DNA from: Octopus vulgaris
Taxonomy: Eukaryota
Direction: 5' to 3'
Length of the DNA stretch: 64,000 nt
Assembly: GCA_951406725.2 (NCBI GenBank)
Contig: OX597814.1
Span: forward strand, 125,674,001-125,738,000
Part shown: positions 1-12,382 of the stretch, one piece after another
Numbering within the stretch: position 1 is the stretch's first letter
Layout: each line of letters opens with the position of its first letter
Notes under the pieces: model-generated
What the model saw: the letters and a program-made list of their open reading frames with translations, nothing else
Database searches by the model: none
Told to the model about the DNA's origin: nothing
Program-made: the position numbers and the translations under genes

Positions 1-1359
1 ACAGACTGTGTTTTTGTATTGTTGAAAGAATCGAAATTGCACTGTATGTACCTAGGTTGCAATATGAATGACATCTGTATACGGAAGATTCGGGAGGTGC
101 GAAGATACGTCAGGCAATGGAGTCCCAGACATACAGATGTAGGAAGGGCATTCATGGTTGCAATGCCTTTGTTTTTTAGGTCTTACTGTATCAGAACCAA
201 CTAGGGACTAAACAACAATAACCATACTCTCCTATAATCAGAATATTTATCTATGTCAGTTCTGTGCGGCGATAAAGAATATAAGAAGCTGCACTGGTAG
301 ACTTTTACTAATATTGCGGAACAATAATTTCTTATATTTGCATAAATCTATAACAGAAAGACACAGTCGATAAAATCGATCTCTGTAAATAATTGGTACT
401 TATCTTAATTAATAGGGAAGTTAGGTAAGTAAATTTGCCAGAGAGTGTAAAGTCTAACACTTCGGGCATTGCCTTTCCTATGAGAGTGAAGACAAGAGAG
501 AGAAAAGTGTGATGTTTTCGCTTGTAATCGAGGCGGGTATCGATCGTGAAGGAATAGAAAACAAAGTTGGCAGCATATAAAGAGCCGTAGCAAAACACCG
601 CAGCACACTTTGTTTGGCGTTCTACAGAGTCTGTCATCATCCACCTTTAGCGCTGTGCTTAATAATAGAATATTAATTGAAAGATATTTCTCATACACAA
701 TGTAAGATTATGTAGTATTTTTACTTTGGAAATCTAGCACAAACTATAAGAGATTAAACTCCAGCATCTTGTTTTATCATAATAATATATATTACTAGTA
801 CATTGATAATGGCTCTGTGAATGCTACAACACAATATGGAATATATCTATAGATTTTAGCCTACATGGTATGTAGTAGTCAGTTGTAAATATCATAGCTT
901 AATATACAATATTTTTCACGGACAGGAAGCCATATGAAATTCCAGCAAAGGGTTGAAATTAGTCTGGCTGGTCCTTTTTTTTTCTGTGGAGATACTGTAA
1001 ACGAGTGACGGCAGGTATGTGTTAGCCACCTTCATGCATAACAGGTGTAAATATCTTTTTATCGACTCAAGGCAAGTCTTAAAGAATGAGAGCACATTAT
1101 TGATGAGGAGGTGAAAGCGACGAAAGGACTTTGATAAACAAACAACCGATTGATTTTTTTGACCAACACATTAAACAAACGATCGATTAATTAATTGGTT
1201 TCATATTTAACCAATTAACTAACAATGGAAAATTGATATTGAACCAGTGTATGTGTTTATTATCATTGGCGCGATGGCCCTCCCAAGACACACGATTCAT
1301 TTCAACTCACGAATTCTCATCAAGACTCTTGCAAACCAAATACAAAAGCATAGGGTGTG

Positions 1360-1424
<65 letters not shown>

Positions 1425-1425
<1 letters not shown>

Positions 1426-2022
1426 GGTTAAGTAATTGAGATTCAAGTGAATTCTAAAGAATTCACATGAATATGGTCCTTAACTAGGATGCACCGGAAA
1501 TCTATATGGTGTTAACCATACGACAAGTGGGGTGATTACAAATAGGAAAAAAGCAACAAGAATGGATTAAAATCTCGGTACGATCGTTTCGTACGAGGAC
1601 ATCTTTAATAAGCTACAAAAAATGCAGTGATATGATAGTCACTTTGCTTTTACTCAGACTTTCCTCTACATGATATGGCAGTCACTTTGCCTCTTACTCG
1701 GATTTTCAGAAATTTTGCATGACTGTATCCGAAAATTTCTTCACACAACTTGATTAAAAATTCAATATGAGCTATATGTAGACATGCACAAATTCTGTAA
1801 GTTTAAAACCTTTCATCGGATCTCCATGAATCGAACATTCTTCAATGCAGTTAATCTTACAACCTCTTTTGTATCTACCCCTTTTGATGTTTGGGAATTC
1901 TCTGATGTTTTTTCGGCTGACGAGTACGAGCCATCTGTATTCACTGCATTTGTAGCTTATTAAAGATGTCCTCGTACGAAACGATCGTACCGAGATTTTA
2001 ATCCATTCTTGTTGCTTTTTTC

Positions 2023-2028
<6 letters not shown>
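1425..2028 (+). mobile_element. 5'-truncated Penelope-like element end with inverted terminal segment, inserted in (TA)n
   Basis: ~88-bp inverted repeat (1540-1630 vs 1941-2028); hammerhead at 1911-1995; flanked on both sides by (TA)n; weak PLE endonuclease C-terminal-like remnant (..SYSDFQKFCMTVSE..; ..ICRHA..) at ~1690-1800. Confidence 0.7.
1911..1995 (+). ncRNA. Type I minimal hammerhead ribozyme (canonical core)
   Basis: Stem I UUUCGG/CCGAGA; core CUGACGA (1917-1923); stem II GUACGAG/CUCGUAC; GAAA; palindromic stem III ACGAUCGU; cleavage triplet GUA. Confidence 0.85.
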
Positions 2029-2095
<67 letters not shown>

Positions 2096-2096
<1 letters not shown>

Positions 2097-2216
2097 TCTT
2101 TTACTTGTTTCAATCATTTGACTGCGGCCATGCTGGAGCACCGCCTTGAGTCGAGCAAATCGACCCCAGGACTTATTCATTGTAAGACTAGTACTTATTC
2201 TATAGGTCTCTTTTTC
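2096..2216 (-). mobile_element. SINE family B, 3' fragment
   Basis: Reverse complement of the 3' part of copy 7423-7842 (ctccagcatggccgcagtcaaatgattgaaacaagtaaaagag). Confidence 0.8.
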
Positions 2217-2336
2217 AGGAATAGAAAAGGTCTTTTACGTTTCGAGCCTACGCTCTTCTACAGAAAGGGACACAGAAAAAACAAGGAGAGAAACAAGGAG
2301 AGAAAAAGATGTGTGTAGTGGCTAACAATCTATCAT
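2217..2336 (-). mobile_element. 3'-terminal fragment of the Neptune-like PLE family with hammerhead-like motif
   Basis: Similar to 19440-19545 (end of the long PLE); contains ctgtagaagagcgtaggctcgaaacgtaaaag on the minus strand. Confidence 0.7.
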
Positions 2337-2950
2337 ATATATAAATATATATATATATATTATATATATATATATAGAGAGAGAGAGAGATAGAGAGACA
2401 GAGACAGAGACAGACAGACAGACAGACATAGATGTCGATATAGATACGCACACACACACACACATGCACACGCACCTGCACATTGTAGTACACTATATCG
2501 CATCATATTTTTACATGCAGCACCATCGTTTATCAACTTTTGTTCTGGTATACTGTCCAACTGTTCCCCAAGTTGAACACTGAAAATATTTAACGAAAGC
2601 AGTTAAAGTATTCAACCGTAGTTTGAAATATAATTACTTATATATATTGTTTGCTGCAGGTCTAACTAACTATTTCAATTTAACTTCAATAATTTGTTCA
2701 TTTTGATAAAACCTTGTTAATTATAAAACTAAATTGCCTTGTTAAATAAACATGAACGTTTCTCACTTGATCGGTGAAATACCAGAAGGAATATATTTAT
2801 CACACAAGCATCCTTTAATTGTTGCTGATGCTCTTCTTGCTCGTGAGGTTTTCTAGTTAGTCTGCCAATGGCTGTCACTAATATGCATGAGGCTAAATAC
2901 ATAACATTTGCAATATTTGTCTGCCATGCAACAGCAGCAACAACAACAAC

Positions 2951-2997
<47 letters not shown>

Positions 2998-4120
2998 CCC
3001 CAGTCATTACCGCACCATCATATTAATCGTATCTACAATTACATTATCTAGTGTGTCCTCGTTTTAAGATGGTGGCGTTGTTTGACAGAGATTTGGCAGC
3101 TATTTCTAGCAGATCGTGAGACAGTCGCAGAGGTTCTTTCGTTTGGATACTACTGGAATACAACTGCTTGACATAAAGGTTCGTTAGTTCAATCTCTGGT
3201 TCAACTTAGTTTCAGCCAGAGATGTGGCCATGCTGGGGCGCCGCTATTAGTGTTAATGCTTATCTCAGGCTCATTTCTTGGTTCTCTCTTCATTTATTGA
3301 TTCTGTTGAAGTAGTGAGTCAGACAAAGCTGCTCTTCGCGTTTCTTGATGTGATGCGGTTTCATCTGGTATTTCAGATGAAAATTCATCTTAGTACACAT
3401 CTTTGAGCACATCCACACCTGTGTCATATCTTAAAACACATCCACACCTATGTCACGTAAATCTCTGAGAGTTTTTCGCAAGGTACTGAAAGACTTACTG
3501 TTTCAATATCGGTTCCTTTCGCTAGGTGGGGAGGGAAGGATGTTTAGTAGCATACAGTGGTAACCAGTTTGTATAGCATTCAATCCCAAAATCAGGTGCC
3601 AGACTATCCACGCTTTTTCCACACACTTAGATGGCTATCACTTTCATTCAGTTTAAATTCAGGCAGAACAAAGGAATACCTCTTACCTTAATGTGACTAA
3701 GAAATCGAGTAAAAGTATGCATATATACATATATCTATGAGTATGTATCCATGTGTGTGTGTGCGTACGTGCGTTTATGCATGTGTGTGTGTGTGTGTGT
3801 GTGATTGTGTGTGTGTTGATGTATCTCAGGCAACATGGTTGGATTTTCATAAGTTAACGGGGTAACGCCGTTAGTACGATAGGTAAGGAGGAAGATAAGA
3901 GAAAATAAAATAAAAATAAAGTAAAACAATGAAATACAATGAAGGTAGTAGAGTACAAAGAGGTTTAATTTTCTCTAATAGGTTGACAGATATATAAAAA
4001 AATTTAAGTGCACGGATATCACCGCTTTAAAAGTTCGTGCATATAAAAGTTCAAAAGTTTATAACTTCCGCCGATTAAAACTAATATATGTTTGTATGCA
4101 TATATGTATATACATACATA

Positions 4121-4340
4121 GCGGAGGCACAGCTGTGTGGTAAGAAGTTTGCTTCCCAACCACAAGGTTCGGGACTCAAGCTCACAGCATAGCACCTTGA
4201 GCAAGTGTCTTCTGCTATAGCCTCGGGCCGACCAAAGCCGTGTGAGTAGATTTGACAGACGGAAACTGAAAGAAGCCCATCGTATATATAAAAAGCAGGG
4301 GCGTGTATTGATTTCATAGACAAAAACTGTAAGAAGCCTG

Positions 4341-4389
<49 letters not shown>

Positions 4390-4410
4390 CATATATATAT
4401 ACATACATAC

Positions 4411-4506
<96 letters not shown>

Positions 4507-4812
4507 CATATATATATATATAATACATATATATATGTATACATACATACATACATACATACATACATACATACATACATACATACATACATACATACAT
4601 ACATGTGTATATCTGTGTTGTCCCCCATCTCCACTTGACAACCGGCGTGTGTGTGTTTATATCTCGCGGTTAGGCAAAATAGACCGATAGGATAAGTCAC
4701 GGACTTAAAAAATGATAAGCACTGGGGTCTATTCGTTTGACTAAAATTTTTCAAGGCGATGCGCCACTATGGCTTCTGTCTAATGACTGGAACACAGAAA
4801 AGAAAAGAAAAA
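4121..4812 (+). mobile_element. tRNA-derived SINE family B with expanded internal (TA)n/(CATA)n
   Basis: Head gctgtgtggtaag...ggttcg (A/B-box like); body shared with 7423, 13182 and 43495; A-rich tail. Confidence 0.85.
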
Positions 4813-5329
4813 ACAAGACACACACTCACACACATACATATATTTATTTATAGATGCACGTGCAGACATATAGACGTGTGTGTATCTGTTTCTACTGTGT
4901 ATGCATATGATCATGCACTTAAAACAACGGGAAGCTATATGAAGATTAGTCAGTGTGTAACTACGAAGAACACATCAGAGATGACTGCCTTCAGTTAGGT
5001 GTAGGCGGCCATTTGCAAATGACATTCAGTCGGTAAAACAAATATTTCACTGAAAGAAAAAAAGAGTGAGTAAATCTATACGACGATAATTCTTCTGCTT
5101 TTCTTTTAACTAAGACGATTGAAGAACAAATAAAGAAGACCAACAAAGAACAGTAGTAGCAACAACAGCAACAACAACGAGTCCTATTAAAAACTATGTG
5201 GTTTATATAGAGTTCATCATTTTGTCAACTTGAAGAGTTCAAAAGAAGCAATGGTCGAATATTCTTAGTAAATGCATTCAATCGTTATAATTTATAGGAA
5301 TGGAGAAGACATTTTTTTCCATAAGAAAA

Positions 5330-5402
5330 TATTAATAATGATGATGCTGACGACGACGACGATAATAATAGTAGTAGGAGTAATAATAATAATAATAATA
5401 AT

Positions 5403-5464
<62 letters not shown>

Positions 5465-5555
5465 TGATGATGATGATGATGATAACAACAGCAACAGCAG
5501 CAGCAACAACAACAACAGCAAGAAGAAGAAGAAGAAGAAGAAGAACAACAACAAC

Positions 5556-5617
<62 letters not shown>

Positions 5618-5675
5618 TGATGATGTTGATGATGATGATGACGACGGCAACAACAACAGCAATAATAATAATAAA
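5330..5675. repeat. Compound trinucleotide microsatellite (AAT/GAT/AAC/CAG/AAG)
   Basis: Direct reading of the sequence. Confidence 0.95.
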
Positions 5676-5956
5676 TGGTGATAAGTGAAATATTTAGTTT
5701 TTTAATGATCGATTTTTTTCTCTCTATTCATTTCTGTTCGAAGTTAGTTGATTGAAATCGATAGCATTACCATCATGTGTCACGCTGCCAGTTTGTACCG
5801 TCGTCACTATAACAGCCAAGCAGCCAAGCAGTCACCACTTAACACTCGCCATATATATCCATCCACCAGACAGGATTAGTGAGTGACCGGGTAGAGGAGG
5901 TTGCCGGGGAGCGGAGAAGACGACTGTAGAAGATATAAGGATAAGTCTGCTGGTTT

Positions 5957-6086
5957 AGGAGGAGGAGGAGGAGGAGAAGAAGAAGAAGAAGAAGAAGAAG
6001 AAGAAGAAGAAGAAGAAGAAGAAAAAAAAAGTAGGAGACAGACTGGTAATGATGCAATGCATAAATTGTACGAATGATAGCTTGTT

Positions 6087-6139
<53 letters not shown>

Positions 6140-6412
6140 TGTGGTGGAGGTGGTGGTGATGGTGGTGGTGGTGGTGGTGGTAGTAGTAGTAGAAGTAAGA
6201 GCAGTAGTAGCGGCAGCAGCAGCGGCAGCAGCAGCGGCAGCAGCAGCGGCGGCGGCGGTGATGGTGGTGGCGGCGGTGGCGGCGGCGGCGGTGGCAGCGA
6301 CGATGGCGGCGGTGGCAGCGACGATGGCGGCGACGGCGGTAATGAAAATGATAATCTATATATGTTTCTAAAACGATGAGGTTGAAAGGTGGTTGGTGTG
6401 ATGATCATGGCA

Positions 6413-6443
<31 letters not shown>

Positions 6444-6455
6444 CGATGATGACAA
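5957..6455. repeat. Compound trinucleotide microsatellites (GGA/AAG/TAG/GGT/GGC/GAT)
   Basis: Direct reading; explains the poly-Ser/Gly/Pro pseudo-ORFs. Confidence 0.95.
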
Positions 6456-6811
6456 ACACTACGATGTTGGTACCGACAGGTGGAATACTGCCCGTTACTT
6501 AGAATCTGAGCAATATATTTGGAATATTTTACGTATTCTTATTTGTGTATATTTGTGGTGTAAGTAACAGCAAACACTTAGGGATGGCATGTGATGCTAC
6601 GTGATTGGACCTTTTGCTTGGCAATTTTCGGCCAATCAGAGCATTTCCTTTTAGCACCCATCGCTGATACAGACAGACAACTGGAACCGTGGTTTCTTGC
6701 TGATACGAAGAGCGTATCCAAACGCACGCACGCACACACGCACACGCGTACGCACCCACACATTCACGAAAACAATGAATACTTTTTATACTTTGAGACA
6801 GCGGAATCGTT

Positions 6812-7222
6812 CGAGCTGGCAGAAACGTTAGCACGCCGGGCGAAATGCTTAGCGGTATTTCGTCTGCCGTTACGTTATGAGTTCAAATTCCGCCGAGGTC
6901 GACTTTGCCTTTCATCCTTTCGGGGTCGATAAATCAAGTACCAGTTACACACTGGAGTCGATGTAATTGACTTAATTCATTTGTCTGTCCTTGTTTGTCC
7001 CCTCTATGTTTAGCCCCTTGTGGGTAGTAAAGAAATAGGTATTTCGTCTGCCGCTACGTTCTGAGTTCAAATTCCGCCGAGGTCGACTTTGCCTTTCATC
7101 CTTTCGGGATCGATTAAATAAGTACCAGTTACGCACTGGGGTCGATGTAATCGACTTAATCCGTTTGTCTGTCTTTGTTTGTCCCCTCTATGTTTAGCCC
7201 CTTGTGGACAATAAAGAAATAA
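6812..7222 (+). mobile_element. tRNA-derived SINE family A, dimeric young copy inserted into an older family A copy (~6795-7418)
   Basis: gagctggcagaaacgttagcacgccgggcg...gagttcaaattcc (B box); internal unit repeated from ~7039; target-site duplication (TSD) gaatcgtt at 6804-6811 and 7223-7230. Confidence 0.85.
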
Positions 7223-7422
7223 GAATCGTTAGAATGTCGGAAAGATTGCTGCCGTGCAACATTTCTTTCAACTTTTTACATTCTGAATTCCAATCCAGCC
7301 AGGCTCAATTTAGCCTTTCATTCTTATGAGTTGTGTAAAATAAAGTTCCAGTCAAGTACTAGGATCGAGAGTACCGACAAAACATCTCCCCTCAAAGTTA
7401 CTGGCCTTTTGGTAGAAACCAA

Positions 7423-7598
7423 GGCGTAGCAGTGGCTGTGTGGTAAGTAGCTTGCTTACCAACCACATGGCTCTGGGTTCAAGTCACACTGCGTGGCATC
7501 TTGGGCATGTGTCTTCTACTATAGCCTCGGGTCGACCAAAGCCTTGTGAGTGGATTTGGTAGACGGAAACTGAAAGAAGCCCGTCGTATATATATATG

Positions 7599-7635
<37 letters not shown>

Positions 7636-7842
7636 CTGTGTTTGTCCCCCCAAAATTGCTTGACAACTGATACTGGTGTGTTTACATCCCCGTAACTTAG
7701 CGGTTCGGCAAAAGTGAGCGATAGAATAAGTACTAGGCTTACAAAGAATAAGTCCTGGGGTCGATTTGCTCGACTAAAGGCGGTGCTCCAGCATGGCCAC
7801 AGTCAAATGCCTGAAACAAGTAAAAGAGTAAAAAAGTAAAGA
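7423..7842 (+). mobile_element. tRNA-derived SINE family B
   Basis: ggcgtagcagtggctgtgtggtaag head, gggttcaagtc B-box, internal (TA)n(TG)n, gtaaaagag tail. Confidence 0.9.
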
Positions 7843-9029
7843 ATATTATGACAAAGCACACAAACCATTTTATATTCGTATCAAAACGTATTTAAAATAC
7901 TGTTTGCAATTTTTCACTCGTTAAATGACAGCCATACTCACGAACGAGTATGGGTTGGTAACATGCAACATGCTTTTGCTAATTGTCTTAAGTATATATA
8001 TAGCTGCAAGCACACATAGACACCCTCTCAGCCTCCACGCTCTTGACCAAGTGGCAGTGGAATATCATATGAGAATTGGGAGGAGAAACGGCTGCACCAG
8101 CACTTAATCGGTATTTTCGTCAATTTAACAGACTTAAGCAACATGAAATGAAAAGCCATACAACCCACCATTTTATGATCACCAACTAAGAGCCCTAACC
8201 ATGTGTTTTTATCAGTTATTCTATATTAACTTTTTTCATGAACCCAATTGACAAATCACTCTTGTCAGCAATAAAAATGTCAAAAGCCAACTAGTAAAAT
8301 TTAAACATATGACGATGGTTGTGGAATAGAAAATAAAAAGACAAATTGTTGCCATAAATCTTCATTAGAATTCAATATATTTTAACAATGCATATAAGTG
8401 TTCATACAGAACAGTAACTGCATCAAAAGCAAGGCTAATACCAAAGAAAAAGGCTGATAAAAATACTTTCTATAACACCGAAATTGTTAAAACTGTTTTA
8501 GTGAATTTTCATTTTCAAATCTTTTAATCTTGAATTTAACATTGTTACAAGATTTATAATTTACAAAGGGGAAGTCTAAAGTTGAGTAAATAAACAGAGC
8601 TCGCTGCTTGATTCTTAATTACTTTATCGAGAATTAAAAGCAAACTCGACTTTGTATAAAATTGAAATCAGAATTAAAATAGTCTAAGGTAACTCTGCAT
8701 GCAAACTTTCTTTTATTAGTTTGGCCTGGAGGAAGAAGCAATGCCCATAGCCTTCCGTAGTCTTCCAAGATCAATGAGATTGATACCGTTATTGTTCTAC
8801 TTATGCAGTTGCAAGTCAGAGATTTCGAGAATGACATGCATAGAGCAGGAATTTCAGAGGACCGATATTCTGGTAAGAAAGGACTGAACGTGGCGGTAAG
8901 ATAGAGCCTGGAAGGTTGGCCACAATATGGGTGATCAAAAGACGAATGAGCCAAGAAGGCTTGAGTGGAAGGTGCACGAAACAAGTTATCTCCGAGAGAC
9001 AAAGACCGTTGCAAAAAGAAAAAAAAAGG

Positions 9030-9265
9030 CAGGTTTTTCTTCTCGAGTCATACCGACTCATAAGGTTTCTATGGCGTATATATTCCCCGCCTGGACGGGA
9101 TACCGGTCCATCGCAGCATTACTCATTTTTGCCAGTCGAGTGGACTGGAATAATGTGAAATGAAGTGTTTTGCTCAAGAACACAACGCGTCACCCGCTTC
9201 AAGAATCGAAACCACAATCTTACGATCATGAGTCTAACACCCGAACAACTAAGCCACGCACCTCC
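9030..9265 (-). mobile_element. tRNA-derived SINE family C
   Basis: Minus strand ggaggtgcgtggcttagttg...gtttcgattc head followed by cttgagcaaaacac...ccagtccactc domain; similar to 34963-35306. Confidence 0.75.
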
Positions 9266-10226
9266 CCAATGCCATTGTAGTTGATGTAGCAAACGCGAAG
9301 AGAAGAGATAGCGCATCTATAGAGCGGACAGTGGAGCTGTTTGTTTGAGAAGAACTTAATGTCATTCAGCCCAGTGGTTTTTCTCTAGATGCAGTGTAGA
9401 ATGTCTGAATATAGCTGCAGTTACGCCGTATCAGGTATGTGAAGTGTATATCATTGTTGGCTTCATTTGAACTTTGTAAACAGTTAGCAGTTGATGGACA
9501 ACGAAGTATATCATCTCAAAAGAGAAAGGTCGGTCTTCGCGATGCAGTATGTACTATGTTAAGGATGTGCGCTTATCAAGAGAGAACCTCAAAGGTTGCC
9601 ATTGGGTCCTGCACACTGCTAATTTGTTACAGAATCGCCATTGGATTTAATCTATATTTAAGATTAAAATCATCTGATTGGAAAGCAGTTAATTTGTAGT
9701 TTATATATTTTCAACAGAATGGATTGAATGAGTCACTCGACCCTCTTAAATTCTGTTAACAAGCTACTAACACTATTTTATTTTTCTTCTCTGGTGCTTT
9801 TAAAATATGTTTGATAAATAACTAATGAAATTAGTGCAAAGAAAAACTTTGGATCCAAGGAATTTAATGAGATGATCTGCCTCAAAAACATAAACAGTTT
9901 TTAAAGTTGAAAAAACACGACGAGTTGCTTTGCCGCAAGGGGCGATGAGTTGTTCAAAGAAAGTTCTTCGCAATTTTCATTTCTAACATTACCGCCATAA
10001 CACACCTGGAAATATATGTGACAAAACAAAATAACATTTTTTCTGACCATGTAATATTGTCTACTCTTTCCAGTCTGGTCGTGTGATGTCAGAATATCTC
10101 AGAATATCGCTCACGGTAGCAGTCTGCCTCTTTCTTTTGTCTCATTTTCCCCCCTTTCTCTTTATCTTTAACAATTGATAGTGGCACTGCTACCCCTTCT
10201 CTACGTCTATCTCTCTCTTTCACTTG

Positions 10227-10261
<35 letters not shown>

Positions 10262-10480
10262 GTTCTCTCTCTCTCCCCATCTTTATCAACTGACAATCAT
10301 GCCTGTTACCACCTTTCTGAGAATCTTTCTTTTTCATCTCCTCCTTTCTCTCCCTCTCTGATTCTAGATCTCTTAGGCATGTTTTTTCTGGCTCCATTCT
10401 ATCAAATATTACTCATATTATTTATTATTTTCTTACACTTTCTCCACCACTTTCTTAGTTCTTGGTTTCTGAACACACTA

Positions 10481-10581
<101 letters not shown>

Positions 10582-11135
10582 CACACAGGCGCCCACGCAC
10601 ACAGCCATTTTATATCAGTCTATATAATGAATGATATCGTATATCAGTCTATTTAACGATATTATATTAACGATCAAATTTCATATTGTCCATAATCCCT
10701 TCTGTATTTATTACAACAATATTTGCAATTCGAAGTAAGTACATGTGACTTCCAAGCGAGAACAGCTATTTCAAACTGGGCTCATTTCATTTAAGCAAAA
10801 CGTAATCTGAGATAAATTTCAAACGACTCAACAAATATTCCATCCTTCCATGGATCTTCTTGATAAAATTTGTGGGTGTATAGTACTTTGAAGTTCTTTC
10901 AGTTTAATGAGAAATGGATTAATTTTGTTATACATAAAACTGGAGGGAATGACATGGGTTTTTACAAAATAAACATCAGTGTGTTTGTTCGTGATATCTC
11001 ATATTTATGGCAAGTGAACTTGCATACTGCATAAGTTTTGCGTATACATGAAAATTGCATGTTCTTACACCTTACTAAACAGACACACACACATACACGC
11101 ACGTATGTAGGTGTACGTATACATACATACATACA

Positions 11136-11189
<54 letters not shown>

Positions 11190-11191
11190 AG

Positions 11192-11627
11192 AGAAATATT
11201 AAAATTACTAAGTCTCTCTAAAGGAGATTACGGCAGCGTTACTGGAAATTAATAGTTATCGCCATACTAATATGGCAATCTTATAAATATAAGACTAAAG
11301 CTCCAAGAGGCCACCGCCTCAAGCTAGCTATTTGACACACTATCTGCGTCCATTATAGACTTTCGAACAGGGGAGGTCAGCCGCTTCATCCTGCTAGTCA
11401 GACAGCTGCAGACGCGTTTCAGGGTAGTTGCCCTTTATCAAAGCAGCGTAGTCAGACCCAGCAGGTGTCACTACTGACTGTCCCTGTTCGAAGAATCTAT
11501 TTACCTAGTTTCGGTGGAATACATCCACTTGTTTTCAATAATAGAAATATTAAAATTACTAAGTCTCTCTAAAGGAGATTACGGCAGCGTTACTGGAAAT
11601 TAATAGTTATCGCCATACTAATATGGC
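11192..11627 (-). mobile_element. Non-coding retrozyme-like / PLE pLTR-like unit, 351-bp period (1.25 copies)
   Basis: Identical 85-bp direct repeats 11192-11276 and 11543-11627; internal hammerhead; abuts (TA)n. Confidence 0.75.
11405..11447 (-). ncRNA. Type I hammerhead ribozyme, U3-A8 core variant
   Basis: Minus strand GCUGCU-UUGAUAA-AGGG-caacua-CCCU-GAAA-CGCG-UC-UGCAGC; palindromic stem III ACGCGU; stem I extends into a ~145-nt rod (11355-11500). Confidence 0.75.
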
Positions 11628-11987
11628 GGCGGTGGTTGTGGTGGTAGTGGTTGTGATTGTGGTTGTGGTTGTGGTGATGGTGATCAGAAGCTGTTGGCTG
11701 AGTAAAACGTATTAATACAAATAGTGATAGTGACGATGATGGAATAAGAAATAAAAAAAAGATGGTGCAAAAGAGGAAACGTATTTTATTAATCTCAATA
11801 CTTTAATAAAACATGTTCTCACTTTCACACTCACTATTAATACTTCATTACTTTGAGAATTTTATTCTAAGTGCACTCACTAGGCTCATCTAAACAGGTA
11901 ACCTGAGAAAAACACATGTATGCAGGTATGTATGTATGTATGTATGTATGTATGTATGTATGTATGTATGTATGTATGTATGTATGT

Positions 11988-12078
<91 letters not shown>

Positions 12079-12326
12079 GAGAGACGATGAATTTTCGAAC
12101 AGTTTATGTCCACCAAATTTCATTTTAAAGGCAATTGGTCTAAGCCAGTGTCTGCCAATTTACGATACACTGAGGGAAGAGAATTTATTTTGCGCCACAC
12201 CAAATAAAAATCTCAACAAAACTGAATATACTTTATTAGTATGAATAAAAATAAAGAATTTCTTATAAAAGTAACAATAAAATAAATATATACTTACATA
12301 TAAGAGACCAAAGTGTACGTACGCCG

Positions 12327-12376
<50 letters not shown>

Positions 12377-12382
<6 letters not shown>

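Noticed and set aside
903-998. Small MITE with imperfect tacaatatttttcacgga / tctgtggagatactgta ends
   Set aside because: The TIR match is too degenerate and there is only one copy in the window
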